The notes beneath the pieces were generated by a model. That model was not told the origin of the DNA. It did no database searches and worked only from the letters and a program-made list of their open reading frames with translations. A program made the translations under genes and the position numbers. Shown piece by piece: positions 1-51,419 of a stretch of DNA of 64,000 nt (the stretch's first letter is position 1; each line of letters starts with the position of its first letter). This DNA is from Chrysomallon squamiferum (taxonomy: Eukaryota > Animalia > Mollusca): the NCBI GenBank assembly GCA_012295275.1, contig CM022673.1:25668001-25732000 (forward strand), read 5' to 3'.

Positions 1-2475
1 AATTGATCTGTGATCTGTTCGTGATTGTTATTGTACTTTTTATCTATATTTGATTCAGTCATGGTTTCTGTTTATGTTATTTGATTCATCATTATCTTTA
101 ATGATTGTTCTACATATTTTTAAATTTATTTGAAATTTTTTGGTTTACAGAAATATTTATGATAATAATCGTGATATTTAATAATATACTATTATATGAA
201 TGTATTACAAGAAATTATATATTTTATATTTTATATTTTGAAGTTTCCAATAATAATTTGTTTGGATATAATAAAACACTATATGCAGTGCAAACAAAAG
301 TATGGCAGCATTATTTTTGAACTGTGAATAATTTAATAAACTACATAATATTTTAGATTTATTCTAATGTTGTTCTAGTCTTTATTTTTAATTTTTTTTT
401 ATCTTAATATTTTTTCCCTTTTATATTTAATTGATAAAATGAATAAAGAAATGTAAAAATATTTATCCACCACAAAATAGCATTTCTAAAAAATAATACT
501 TCTAAAAAGTAAGCTCTTCTGCAACAAAATTTGCAATCTATTAACTAGACCTTTCTGCAAGCTATAACATTAATTTTATATATTACCACAAGGCTATGAG
601 TTTTTAACATTTAGAACCATGTTTTATCCTAATCGCAATGTTACTCTAATGAATTTGCCCACCAACAGTTTAATATTTGCATAGATTTTTATATGACTTT
701 TTGGGGTGGGTGGTGATTAGAATTTGAATCAAAAATGTAACTTTCATTTATTGTATATAAAGAATCAAACAAAGTTCAAGTTAGAAAGGATTATAGATCC
801 TAATTTCATTACTTTAAAAAAAGCAATCATCAGAGAAGTCAGTAAAACCACAGTGCAATATATTGGACAAACATTAATATACGTGCCTTTTCAAAGGTTG
901 AAACCTTTACTGCCTTTAGTAATGGCTAATATTATTTACTGGTTGTTTTAAAACCAAACATTTTGTAAGATTCTAGTGAAAGAATGCAGTCTTGTTCAGT
1001 AGCATAATTATTTGGATGTTTGTTGTTGTTAATAACTGTATTATTTTTTTTTAAATCAGCTTTAATTATTTTTTAAAATATTATATGTGATACAGACTTT
1101 TTGCAATTATTGTAAATTATATTGAATACATGTACAAATCTGTTTACATCTTTTGGAAATAAATTGTTTTTTTAAACACATATTGGTTGGTTTCATTTTA
1201 TTAGTATTAGACTAGTATTTAAAACAATGGAAAATATTTAGACTATGTTTTATGTTTAGTATGTCACATTACTTTTTCTTTCACACAACATAACAGAACA
1301 GTTGTAATGGTATCAAAGACTTTGTATTGGTAACTAGCTCTTTGATAAAAAAAAAAAAAAAAATAATAATATCTTTATAAGTTTTGATAAAATTTTCGTA
1401 GCCATTTTAAACCTAATTTAATTCAGATTAACCTGTCAGCATGTAGGACTTAGTTACAAATTTAGAAAAGAAATATATTTTCGAAACAAATAAGTCAAAT
1501 GTGGAAAATTGTTTTATGTGCAGATATGATTCTCCTCGAAACAGTTTTTGTGTTGAATGATCTGATTGTTAATTTCAGGTATGTGGAACAGTCACTATCA
1601 CAATTTTTAACTGGAAATACATTTAGAGTTTTGATATATTTTTATTAATTCAGATTTATATTCATCAAATTTCATCTCACAATTATCCTATACTTGCAAT
1701 AAGCTTTTTTTCCAATTCCAGCTGATTCTCATAAGCTTTTTCTTTTATTGTTTCATTAACTATAATAAATAAAATAAAAAATATAAACATTTGTAATGAT
1801 GAACAATTAAGTATTTCAAAATGTATGAAACCTACATGAACTTGTTTGTACTGCATTATACATCAATACTTTTTGTCAGGTAAACAATTATTGTTTTCAC
1901 CATTTCACATCCAGACCTTTTCATATTAGCATAACAATAACAACTTCAAGCAATGTGAAATTAAAACTGCATTCAACTTAAAATAGGTGACATTTAAGAA
2001 TTAAAAAAAAACTTAAGAATAAAAAAAAGAAATAAAACTGATTTATAATCATTTCATATATTTATCGTTAGCTTGTTTCAAAATAATGCATATTTTAGGT
2101 AATATTTTACATCAGTAAATGTTTATTACAGCAAACTTAACTTTTTCTAATATTAATATACACTGAAAAAAAAAAGTACAAAAATCAATATTTGTCACCA
2201 ACTGTTGCCTTCATTCTTTGTCATGTGGGCCCAGATGGCTTCGTTATTATTGGAAGTTTGCATAAAACAGAAATCAATACCTTGAATACATTTCTGCGGT
2301 ATTATGTTCATGTAATAACACTGCAGCCTGCATTCCAGAAAATGAAATTATGCGAATATTTCAGTAAAAGTTAGATTTCGACTTAAATGTTTGGTGTAGG
2401 CTAATTTTAAAATTATTCAGCTTTTCTATATATTTTTAACTGTAACTGGAGTTGATACGACTTAATAAGGTAAAG

Positions 2476-2507
<32 letters not shown>

Positions 2508-3970
2508 CTTATTTGTTCATACCCAGTTGCTTTGCTTGTGGGCATATGGATTAAAGTAGATTAAAGTTTATTTATATATATAGATAAAAACATATCTAAC
2601 AGACTATAAATTTTATTATATATATGAAATTTTGTTTGTTTTATATTTATGTTTTAGGGATATGATTAATTTGCATATTCTTCTAACATTAAGCTGAGGG
2701 TGTTTCTTTCTTGTTTAATTCTTTTTTCGCTCCATTAAAAGCAAATATGTTAATTATCATGTCTACATTTTCACTATTAAAAGATAGAGATTATAAGTTT
2801 AAAAAAAATTAATAATAAATAAAAATAATTAAATAAATAAAAAATAAAATTAAAATGATATAATAATAATAATAATAATAATAAATTAAATAAATAATAT
2901 TATTATTATTACTACTACTACTAAATAAATTGAAAATGTAAAAAAATAATAATAAAATTAAATTAGACTAAAATAAAATAAAATAAAGAAAAACATTATT
3001 AATACCATCATCATCATCATTTTTTATTTATTATTATTATTAATACTACTACTAAACAAATAAGCCAAATTTTTTTTTTAAAAATCCAAAACTAAATATA
3101 TACATGTATGCCCCAAAAAGCAAGAACAGTGAACTGACGTGTTTGAACATTCCAGTATGTAAAAAGAAGTAGACGTATGATTGCTTGTTACTGGTAATCA
3201 GCTAGAGTGGTCCATGGGAAAATAGCAGCAGGTTTCCTGTTTTATCCAAACATTCAACAAAACCTAACTCGTTCTTTATTTTAAAAAACTTGTCTATAAA
3301 ATCTTTTGGTTTATTCCTTTGTATGAAATAATACTACAAACAGGGAAAACATCCACCAAACATTCATATTCATATGCTTGTCTTCTTGCTACATTTTTGA
3401 GTGTATGTGCATGTATTTGAGCATTCTGAGTATTATAACTATAGTAACATACTGTTTTATTTTTTCTTTCTCTTTTCTGAGTAATTACTACATTTTCCTA
3501 AGCAGTAAAAAATATGTTACATATACTTTCCCATGAACAGGAAAAAAAGTCACAGATCATGCAGTGACTTTAAGTGAACACACCTACTTATTAAGTATAT
3601 CAGAGCAAGATAAAAATACTTTTCTGAATCAAACTGGTTAAATGAATTGGTATTTTTATACTATATAACAGATTTTATTCCTTAATTAACTTATTATTGC
3701 TATATTGTCCTTCACCACACACAACTGAACAATGAAATCAGAGAAGTCTTAATTTTCTGTGTATCAGAAAATATTGATCACTCCTACAACCTATCCAACG
3801 TTAGACCACTGTTCCCCAGTTTTATGTGATTTATTTATTTAGTTTTTAATTATTTCTACATCTGGTACTCAAACATCTTTTTTCCCACATCTGACGAGAA
3901 CTTCAAGGACTATATTGAAATTTGAAAATAACAAAAACTCTAAAGATCTGTATTTTTTTCATGTGAAAAT

Positions 3971-4008
<38 letters not shown>

Positions 4009-4692
4009 ACTATCATAACACATAGAAAACGACTCATTAAACGGGCCTGTGCTGTGGTTCTATATATTTTAGTATGGTATTTGCATTACTGTATACAGAA
4101 CTATTTATTATTTCAAATTATTATGCGTATATATGTCATATTATTTTGCTTGTTTTTCATAATTTCTTAACAACAGTTAGTTCTAAATTTATAATTTAAT
4201 TTTAAAAATAAACATATAAATAAATAAAATTATTATTAAATTTTAAAACTTAAGTTTTAAACACTAAACTATTTAAGGAAGTGATTAAGTATATAAATAA
4301 ACATTAAAAAAAAAAAAAAAAAGTTAAAAACAAAATTAGCTATATATAAATTTGTTATGCTCTAAGTAGGTCTGATCATGTGACTGACCCTCCATACCTC
4401 AAGACAGTGCCTGGGGTCCTCTTTCTGGTTAAAATAGAAATAATTCCAATTATTTGTTTTATTAACCTGCAGCTAAAGTACAAGAACATCCATAATTCAT
4501 ATATGATGAATATGTCTAATATCAGTGACAGGAACAAAGGGCCAATTATTTTCCAAAAATAGTGTTCAGTAATTGGTTGTATTTGGAGAAGACAGTTCTA
4601 AATTTAAACCTTTAATATATTCTTCAGAGAACGATGCAGAAATAAATAAAGAAGTAAAGAAACTTTTCAAAAATTCATTTATCTATCAATAC

Positions 4693-4695
<3 letters not shown>

Positions 4696-4771
<76 letters not shown>
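4696..4771. repeat. (GA)n microsatellite
   Basis: Directly visible. Confidence 0.95.
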
Positions 4772-4776
<5 letters not shown>

Positions 4777-5778
4777 ATCCAACTGAAAACTAAATTTTAA
4801 TTCTTCTTAGAATATGGATTTGACATTTTTCAAATCTGAGATTACATGTAATGAATAACAAATGCAGTATTCTTTGACGTTCATTTAACTGGAAAATACA
4901 ATTAAACCCTAATCTATGAATATTAATTAATGTTGTACTGGCATTTGAAATAATGCCTTTTGATATCCAATATTGCCAGATATATTTCACAGATTTGAAA
5001 CACAATAAGTCAACGTTAAAAAAAAAAAAAAAATGACCTTTATGTATTGGCTTTCTAAACAAGTAGTTCAAACTGCATTTAATGTTTGGTTTAAATATAG
5101 CAACAGCCTACAGTTTTATGTTCTGTACAAATGCTTTATGAGGTCAGAGATCAAAATGTCAGTGTCATATTCACTTTTGATTTATTACACACATAGATCT
5201 TTGTTCAGATGAACACACTCTAATAATATTTGCTTATGTTTGGTGAAATATTGTAGGAAATAATAATAATAATTTATAGTGAGCACGAAAAGGATGGGCT
5301 AGTGTATGTTATTATTAATTATATGTGTTGACCATTTATCATACAAATATAAATATGCACATCCATTAATATCACATAATTGTAATTAACAAAATGCCAA
5401 ATAAGCAAACCATATTATAAAAATGAAAAGGTTTTCAGCAATATGCTAGTTTGAAAATTCTCAACTGCTCTTTTCTTGTTGGACTGATAAAGTCAACTTA
5501 TTACTATTATTATTATTATTATTTCATTATTATTATCATTATTACTATATGTTATAATTTAGTCATACAAACATTTCTATGTTTTATATTATCAACAGAT
5601 GAATAGTCCTATTAATTTAAGTATACTGGAAGAACTAAATATACTTTTCAGTATCAAGTTGTATTTTTATACTGTGGAACATATTTTATTAGTTAAATTT
5701 TATACCACAGTTTTCCCTTGCCATATACAGCTGAACAGTTTAAATGAGATGTCCTAACGTCCCTACAGCAAAACAAAA

Positions 5779-5887
5779 CCCACCTAGCACAGTTATCTAG
5801 CCTAAAGCTGGCCCTCATCTTGCTAGAGTTAGCATCGTCTGGACCACATGAAGGCCACTTTTGGGCCAGATAAATGTACTAGTGGTG
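5779..5887. mobile_element. Degenerate hairpin-like MITE (~110 bp)
   Basis: Arms 5779-5813 and 5853-5887 are reverse complements at 26/35 positions. GC-rich island in AT-rich background; no clear TSD. Confidence 0.55.
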
Positions 5888-6707
5888 AAATACTGATCAT
5901 AAACCAGTATGAAATATTCAACTCATAAGCCATCTTTATCATCAAAGTTTCATAGAAATCAAGTTGTTTGCTTGACAATGTTATCATCAGTACTCATGTC
6001 ATTTTATTTAATTTGGATCATATTTGGATGTTGATCATATTTTAAAATAAATAAATAAATATGAAGAAGGATGAAAAGAAAAGAAAAAAAAAAAAAAAAA
6101 AAAAAAAATTAGTAATGAGAACAAAAAGACACCTATTATACAGTTTTAACTCAATGTAAAAATAGGCTGGATGACATATCATGATATCGTATTGCTTAAT
6201 TTCGTAAAAGACTCAATGATCCAGAAACACTTGATTATAAAATGTAAAATGACACCAAGAAAAGGAACACGAACAGGCACACCAATTTATCAAACGTGGC
6301 AAGTGGAGTCAATAATTTTTATCTAATCCACACTTAATTATTTACTTTCGTGCCTTAACAGCCAAGAAATGAAGTATGACAGTCGACAATAGCCTGTGCG
6401 CTATAATAATCATGTCGTTCAGAAGTAAGGTAACGTGACATAGTTAATTAGTACTAAAAATAGCCATAAGCCATGCGAACTCCTGTAAACGACAACAGAC
6501 GATTTGATTTGATGGGGCGTTTTTAGTTATAAATAGTCAACATAATCTACATTATTATCGTAATTTTATTACAGTGTGTAAATCGCTTATCGGATGGCCT
6601 CGGGTTCAAATGAAAAACTTGCTATGTAAAAATAAAATATTCATCATTTAATTCATGTAGATACTGATATTAATTTAAAAATTAAAACAGTTCTAATATT
6701 TGTTAAG

Positions 6708-6745
<38 letters not shown>

Positions 6746-8667
6746 ATAATATTTATATTCATCTCATTATTATTATTATTTGAAGGATAATTCTTGGAAG
6801 GACATGTATCACATACAACCACACCTTTCTCCTGTTAAAACGTTGAATATGCACCAAAAAAGACATTTCATGCATATAAAATCTTTCTCACACACAAACG
6901 CACAAATACACACATTAAATGTATGTGCATCTGCTTTCATTCTACAACATGAATCATTTAATACCTTCGAAATTAAATACGTTATATTCAGACGTTACCT
7001 GCTATATTTCGTATTTTATTGTTTTGCACTGAACAGTATCTTATAGTATCTTTCTACCAAATGTGTTTTCATATTATTGACGACGTTTTGTGCTTTTTGA
7101 TTTATTTCAGCTTAGTACGTATGACTTATTTGCAAAAGGTCATCCTTAGTTCTTACCTGGGTTGATAAGAGAAGCCATGACACAAATGTGATTATTATTT
7201 TTTTTTAGAATGATATGACTGACTGTAACTGTCATTATCAAAAATGACTTGAGGTATCCCTGAAACAAATAGCCTAAAACCATTCTCCAGTTCATACACA
7301 GCATTTTTATGATGTTTTTGTAGGAATTTCTGAGTGTTTTTTCTAAAAATAAAAAAATCCAGTGATAAGTGAAAGAACATAAATCAAAAATTACACGAAA
7401 CCAGTTTATCTTGATCAATCTCTTGATTTTTATTTATTGTTATTATTATTATTATTTTTATAAATTATTCCATTAAATAATATCTCAGAAAAACAGTTTC
7501 TTTGCTTATAACGATGATGATGATGATTATTATTATTATTATTATTATTATTTCTTTTTTAAAGTTTTGTTTGGTGTGTGACTCAAAAACAATATTTTGA
7601 CTTTTTCACATGTACAAAAAAGAAAAGAAAAGAAAGGTCACTGTTGATTGATTGCTTGTGCTTAAAAATCTAGATTTTTCTGATCTATCTGCAGACAGAA
7701 CAAGACATTCTCGAACACAGAGGTTTTGAATGTGATAAAATAGCAATAAAATCAATACAGAAATTAGATAATGTTTTGCTTTTGTTTCTAATTCAAGACA
7801 CGCAGAGAAATCAGGAGTTCTGTTCTTCGTTCTTATGTACTGTATGTAATATACCTTCTTTGGCCACTAACTTAATTAGAATGTCCATTCTTTTATTTAT
7901 CTTCCCTGCTTATTCGCCTGCAGTCTTCAGCATGTAACAGTAATAAAAGACTGTTTAAAAACACAGTTTTATAATCTGCATTTGCATTCTGCTCATGTTT
8001 GGAAATATGGTAGTAGATATTTCTGATTCTGAATCCCCATTCATATAACAGGATTAAAAACCAAATTTTAGTTAAGAGTTCCTTTTCATTTTTATTTCTC
8101 ACATTTACTGTTGTTCTTTTTTGTTTTTGTTTTTTTCTAACAAAATATTTTAAGTATCAAATTAGAATTTATAAATGAGTTCATATTAATTAACCAGCAA
8201 ATAATATTTTTGTGTATATTTTTGATGTTCTTTATTTATTTTTCAGGGTTGAATAAAGAGAAACAATATTGGATATGACATAGATTCACACAAAGTTTTG
8301 TAATCTGATTATTCTTAATTCAAAGATCATTTTTGATTCAAAGATGATAATAAATAATACTTTTTAGATTTTTAAAGTTTTATGAATTTGTACACTACCA
8401 GATATAAGTGGAAAATTTCAGAGAATTCCGATTTAACTTTTTATTTGTTTCTCTTAAAATAACATACAAAATTTAACTAAAATCATAATAACAACAACAA
8501 CAACGACTAAAAGAAGAAATAATAACACTAACAGTAACACATCTATAAAATATTAATAACAAAAGAAACCTTGATGAGTAATAAAAACAGAAGAAGTATT
8601 TTTTAGCGAGACAGATTTTGCACTTGATTTATTTATTAACATAAGAGTAGCTCTTCAATTTACAAAA

Positions 8668-31381
<22,714 letters not shown>

Positions 31382-31630
31382 ACATGAAACCTTTATAATC
31401 AGAATGCTTGTACCAAATCTAGGATAAAAAAAAAAAAAAAATATCAGACATCTGCAGCTTATTTTTATTATTGAGAATGTCATATATCATTATTAATGAA
31501 AACCATCTACTTGTTCATGGAGAGGTCAGGATATTCAAGCTTACTGTTTTCTTGCATGACATAAACAGAAGATACTCATGTGATGCTCATGAAAGAAACA
31601 AATGGATTGAAATATCTAAATTAAATAATA

Positions 31631-31669
<39 letters not shown>

Positions 31670-34068
31670 ATTCTCTTGGAGTCAAGGAAATAATTTTGTT
31701 GATCAACTTTTAATATATTTGATTCCAATGAAACTGGATTCCTAAAGAAAACCTCTTGTAATTTTTTCTGAAATTGTGCTTCTGTGTTCCTATGCTCAAC
31801 AAACATTTAGTCTACCTTCAGGAACAAATAGTAAGACAATGAAACATAAAAAGGGTATTGTTTTTACCTCACTGGCTTAATGTTCTGTGTACAGTTTAAG
31901 TGGACTTCATTTTTAGATCTCCAAAACATTGTATTGTGCATGTGCAATATTTTTATTTATTGTCTCAGAGCAACTGTCATTTTGTTAATGTGAACTGTTT
32001 GTAGAATTCACTTGTCTGAGTTTAATACCAATATTTAAATAAGCTTATTAGATATATTTTTGTATTAACTTATTTTTCTGTTATTTTTGGCTTGTTAATT
32101 TCTTTAAATTTGTCCATTTATGGTAGGATATGTTTGTGGAATCATTTATGTGTTTTTAAAATAAGCTTGTTATAGATTTTTTCATACATATTAGCGTACA
32201 GTACATATAATTTATTTCTTATCCATTAATTATATTGATAATCGCTAATTCTGTGAGCTGTCTATGGAATTAATCTATATTTTTAATTTTAATTTGATTT
32301 TAATATTTATGTAAGTTTATCATGCATTTTGTTCGTATTGACAAAATGAAATTTCTGATCTTTTATTTATTGAAAATGTTCATCAAAGGTGTGAATTAAC
32401 TTGTGGGATTATTATATTTCAGTTTATTTTTAATGTAAATTATAATACAAATATTTATATAAACTTATATTAATGTATAGAAATATATAGGTTATTTTTA
32501 GTGTTAATTATATTACATTTTGATTAACAAAGAAATATGTACATGTGTATATATATATAATTATTTATGTACATATTTTTTTATTTGGTAAATTTATTAT
32601 AACTTTGACCTATATATTTTTTGAGATTTATTATCATTAATGTAACTAGATTTAAACTCTATTAAAACTACTGCAAGAAATCATAAGAAACATACTGAAT
32701 GATTTTCTGCATTCCAGTTAAGATTAAAACAATATACTTCAACTGAAAAATTGAAAGATTAAGTGATTATAAATTTAAAAAAATGGCTTCTTACAAATAG
32801 TTCAGATAATGTATACCTATGCAGATCACATACGCGCCATCCCAAACACACACACACACTCAGACACACAACACACATCAAAACATATTTCATTGTTTAA
32901 TACCAGAGACAACATTTCAAATGCCTTTTGTATAAATATTTCATTTTGGTAGGATCATAACTTTTTAAACTATACATTCCCAATATAGAAACAGTAGAAG
33001 CATTTTATAACATTTTAATTTCTATTTAAGTATTGAAGCCTGTGATTAAAAAAATAATAATAAAAATAAAATAAAATTTAATAAAATTAAAGAGTTAAAA
33101 TTCTCAGTTAAAGGAATATTAAGACAAAGCACAAGTGAAAGAAGAACTAAATCCACTTTTAATTTTTTATTTGTATTTATTTTTGAAATGGCTATTAAAC
33201 TTATTTTGACAAATGTTCTTATTGATGTGATGTCTTATTTCCAGTGTGTCAGTAATTACATGGTCAATAATCTTTTCCTTTGCTTTCTTCTTTTATTATT
33301 ATTATTATACTCTGGCTCAGTTAAAATAGATGGAGTCTGCCAAAGGAACACAAAATAGTTTGCCCGCACAAAAGGCAATCTGTGATGGTTTTACAGTTCT
33401 AAAATTTTGTTATTGTTATTTACTTATACACTGTCTTTCCAGTGTATCAGACCATTTTATTTCTTTAAAGATTATTAATTAAACTTTGTGATATTAGAAA
33501 CGATATCTTCATTTCCATCAAATCTGCTTGAAAAGAAGAAAATAGGGTTTGACATTGTACTAAACCACTATTCTGTATTAAAAACTGTTCTCTGTTCTGT
33601 TTTTCTTTTCTCATTTTTAAAAATAATTTTTTGGTTTAAATTGCAAATATTCATACATTAAAAATAAATGCTATGTCATCAAACAACCAAATTTTCCTGG
33701 TTTATTTTATTTAACAAAATTATTTTCAATTATCAATTTTTCATCAATTAATAAAAAAAAAAAAAAAAAATTTCAATTATTCTTCAAGGAATTTACTACA
33801 TTAAAATTACCAAGAATACAAACAACAACAATTAAATAAATTTTAATCCTTTTTAATCATGTCTACTGAAGATTAAACACAAAACAGACACATTAATTTA
33901 TATTTATTTAAATATTTTTATTTTCATGTTGGATTATAAACGAGATGAAAACTATATGCATAAAAATAATCAAATAAATTTTAAAAGTTTTCCAAAAGCT
34001 TGTAAAAAATGAGGAATGTCAAAAAAAAAAATGCAACTGAGAAAATAACTTAATGTCAGATTTTTGTA

Positions 34069-35071
34069 CTATGACATACAAGCTGCTGTCAGCTCAACAA
34101 GTCTTCCTTTTCTGTGAAGAGCTCGAGTTTCCTTTGCTCCTCCAATACACTCTCCATTGACAAACACTCTCGGCACCTGAAATTAAATATTAAATGTGTA
34201 CTTTATCATAGTAAATCATAGCTTTATTAAGAAAAGATCATAAATAAAATGTTTGTTTGATTATATTCTTTAATGTAGCAACATAATTCCTTACAATAGT
34301 TAACTATATAAGCTGTGACTAAACCCTGGAACTCTTACATTATCTGTGAATGCCAAAATAGCATATCTACAATTTCTGAACTCTATTACCTCACATATTA
34401 GATTATTTTGTTTAGAAACATTTTCAAAACTATTAGTATTACCTAAAAAAAAAAAAAAAAATTTTTTTAGCATTATTTTGATAATTACTCTTAATTTCTT
34501 ATTCTGTAATATTATTTAGCCATATTTTATCCTCAAATCCAAATTTCTAAAACAGTCATTACAGACATCCTGAAGAAATTCCTGTAACTATCTTTGACCA
34601 TTCAGATACACTAATAAGTTATTTTTTCATATATTAATAAAAATAACCATTTCACATTTTTAGTTCTATTGATATCTATATATATATATTTTTTGCCTTT
34701 CTTAATATATATAATATTTCAGATTAAATGGACAACTCACATTAGATAAAATATAATTTACAAAATGCAACTTCTGAATCGACTTGGGTGAGTTTGGTAC
34801 AGCATTGTAATAATTAAGCTTAAACACTTACTGTTCTTGCACTTGTCATCTGAGCAAGAACATCCTGTAACTGTTCTCCATCACTTCTCTGATCCAGCTC
34901 GATGACTTTTACCGGGACATTTATTTTTTCGAAAATACTTTTGGCATCTCTGCAAAATGAACATCTTGTTTTTGAATAAATGACGACACAGTTACTAGAA
35001 ACCGTGTCCATAATGTCCTTTGCCTCTGGGGAGTCCAAGGTTATATCACCCTGAGGTGCAACACCTCCCAT
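34069..35071 (-). CDS. GLRX2: Dithiol glutaredoxin, GLRX2-like (CSFC active site), about 115 aa
   Basis: Two coding exons: 35071-34832 (MGGVAP...VVIYSKTRCSFCRDAK...QMTSART) and 34176-34069 (VPRVFVNGECIGGAKETRALHRKGRLVELTAACMS*). The TVP and GG glutathione-binding motifs are present. A probable 5'UTR exon ends at 36584 (CAG/GTAGGT on - strand) and splices to the acceptor at 35086. Confidence 0.9.
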
Positions 35072-36583
35072 TTTATTAAATATTATCTGTGTAATAAAAA
35101 AGAATATATTTAATTTCCTCCCCTCTGAAAATATTAAATTATAAATTACCATGCTATTTCCTGTTTGGTTACAAATCAAAATGATAACAGATCAATAATT
35201 TATATTTCTGTGACACAGTATTTATGAAAAATTCATTTCTTAAAAACAGAAAATTTATTTTATAATTGTTTTACTAAAAGTAATACAAATTATAATGAAG
35301 CTGATAAAATTTATATTCTTCAGATGGAACATCATGATGTCACTCCAAATCAAAACTGACATAAAGTCAATTTCCAGATGAGCAAGTTCATTCAACTGAC
35401 ATTTATGTGAAACTGAATGGTATTTAATTATCATTAATGCTGTTTATATATTAATATATATATTTAAAAATGAAACAATATTAATAATAAAAATCACTGT
35501 ATGAGTGAGATTGATATAAAGTCAATTTCTACATGGGCAGAATAGCTGTAATAAGGAAACGATGTAATATTTTATGTGAAGTTAAAATTTAAAATGTAGT
35601 TCACTAATAACAACAAAGACATAACTGCTGTACAATGTCTACAGTATCTAAAAGATGGAAATAATAAAATTAATTTTAAAAACTTTTTTCTTTGATTTCA
35701 AAAAAACAATGATAATAATTTATAATTTTAAACAGCATTTAGTTTCAAATAAATGTGTATCAATTTACAACGATCTTGGCAGAGATAATTTGAAATCATT
35801 CAAATAATTTAAATATATTTGTTGACTTCATACATCTTCCAAATTTGCTGCTTTAATAATAAAACTTTTACTTTTATTATTAAACATTTTATCGCACCAA
35901 GAATTAATAAATGTTTTATAACACAATAACACATTTGTTTAATTGGACGGTTGTTAATTCATGTGTCAACATGTTCTGTTTTTGTTTTTTTTTTTTTGTC
36001 CACATTACACATATAAAGATGATAGAAGATATCCTGTACTTTTACTTTATATTCATAATGCACTAACTATAATTTATAAATTATAATATATTTAATTATA
36101 TAGACGCTAAATTTGCTTTCCATTTATAACTTTTTTTGTAGGAATATTAAATAGCTGTATGTAAATTAATACAACAGTAAGTGAGTAACTAAAATCACTG
36201 CCACTGAGCTAGTTATGTCAAAATGTCAAATGACTCCTAATTTACTCTTAAAAAATCAATTGGAACCTTGCGTGATTAGATCTTTCTATATAAATGGCGG
36301 AAATTTTTAATATAATACTTTAAAAAAATAAATAATTTGGCCATAATCATAAAAAAAAGAGTAAAATGATTGTGACCTTTACGTTTTCATCATCTTGATT
36401 ATCATTACAAATTATGAATGCATAAGGATAAGTCAACTGAGCTGGGATAGAAAATATTATTATTTGCTTGCAAATTCGAAATTGATTCTTTCATTAAATT
36501 ACACATTTTGACAATGAATTTGTATTACAAGTATCAAACAATGGTGTAGGATAACAAACATAAAAATCCAGTAACCTACCTAC

Positions 36584-36803
36584 CTGTCTAGCAAACGAAA
36601 ATGAAACTGTCTATATCACGTTTACTTCAACCAATATACTATCTAGCTGCGCCGCTTTTATGCAGAAAAACTCATGTTTGCGTGGCATATTGAGTACCAG
36701 TCGAATTGATCATGTGACTTCTGAAAGATGGAGTTTATTGACAAAATAGCAGAATTAAATTAGTACTACAATATTTACTTAAAATCCACTTTATACGATA
36801 ACT
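36584..36803. promoter_or_regulatory. Probable bidirectional promoter shared by the glutaredoxin (-) and TBC1D9 (+)
   Basis: Only 220 bp separate the glutaredoxin first-exon donor (36584) from the TBC1D9 ATG (36804). Locally CpG-enriched; E-box TCATGTGAC at 36710. Confidence 0.6.

Positions 36804-51419
<14,616 letters not shown>

Noticed and set aside
1562-1584. TTAATTTCAG/GTATGT, resembling a recursive (ratchet) splice site
   Set aside because: Not inside any long intron I can define; such motifs arise by chance.
105-8102. Short ORFs in the first 8 kb
   Set aside because: Low-complexity F/I/K/N-rich peptides expected from AT-rich non-coding DNA. Bases 1 to ~1170 look like the 3'UTR of an upstream gene (AATAAA near 1158), but this cannot be established.
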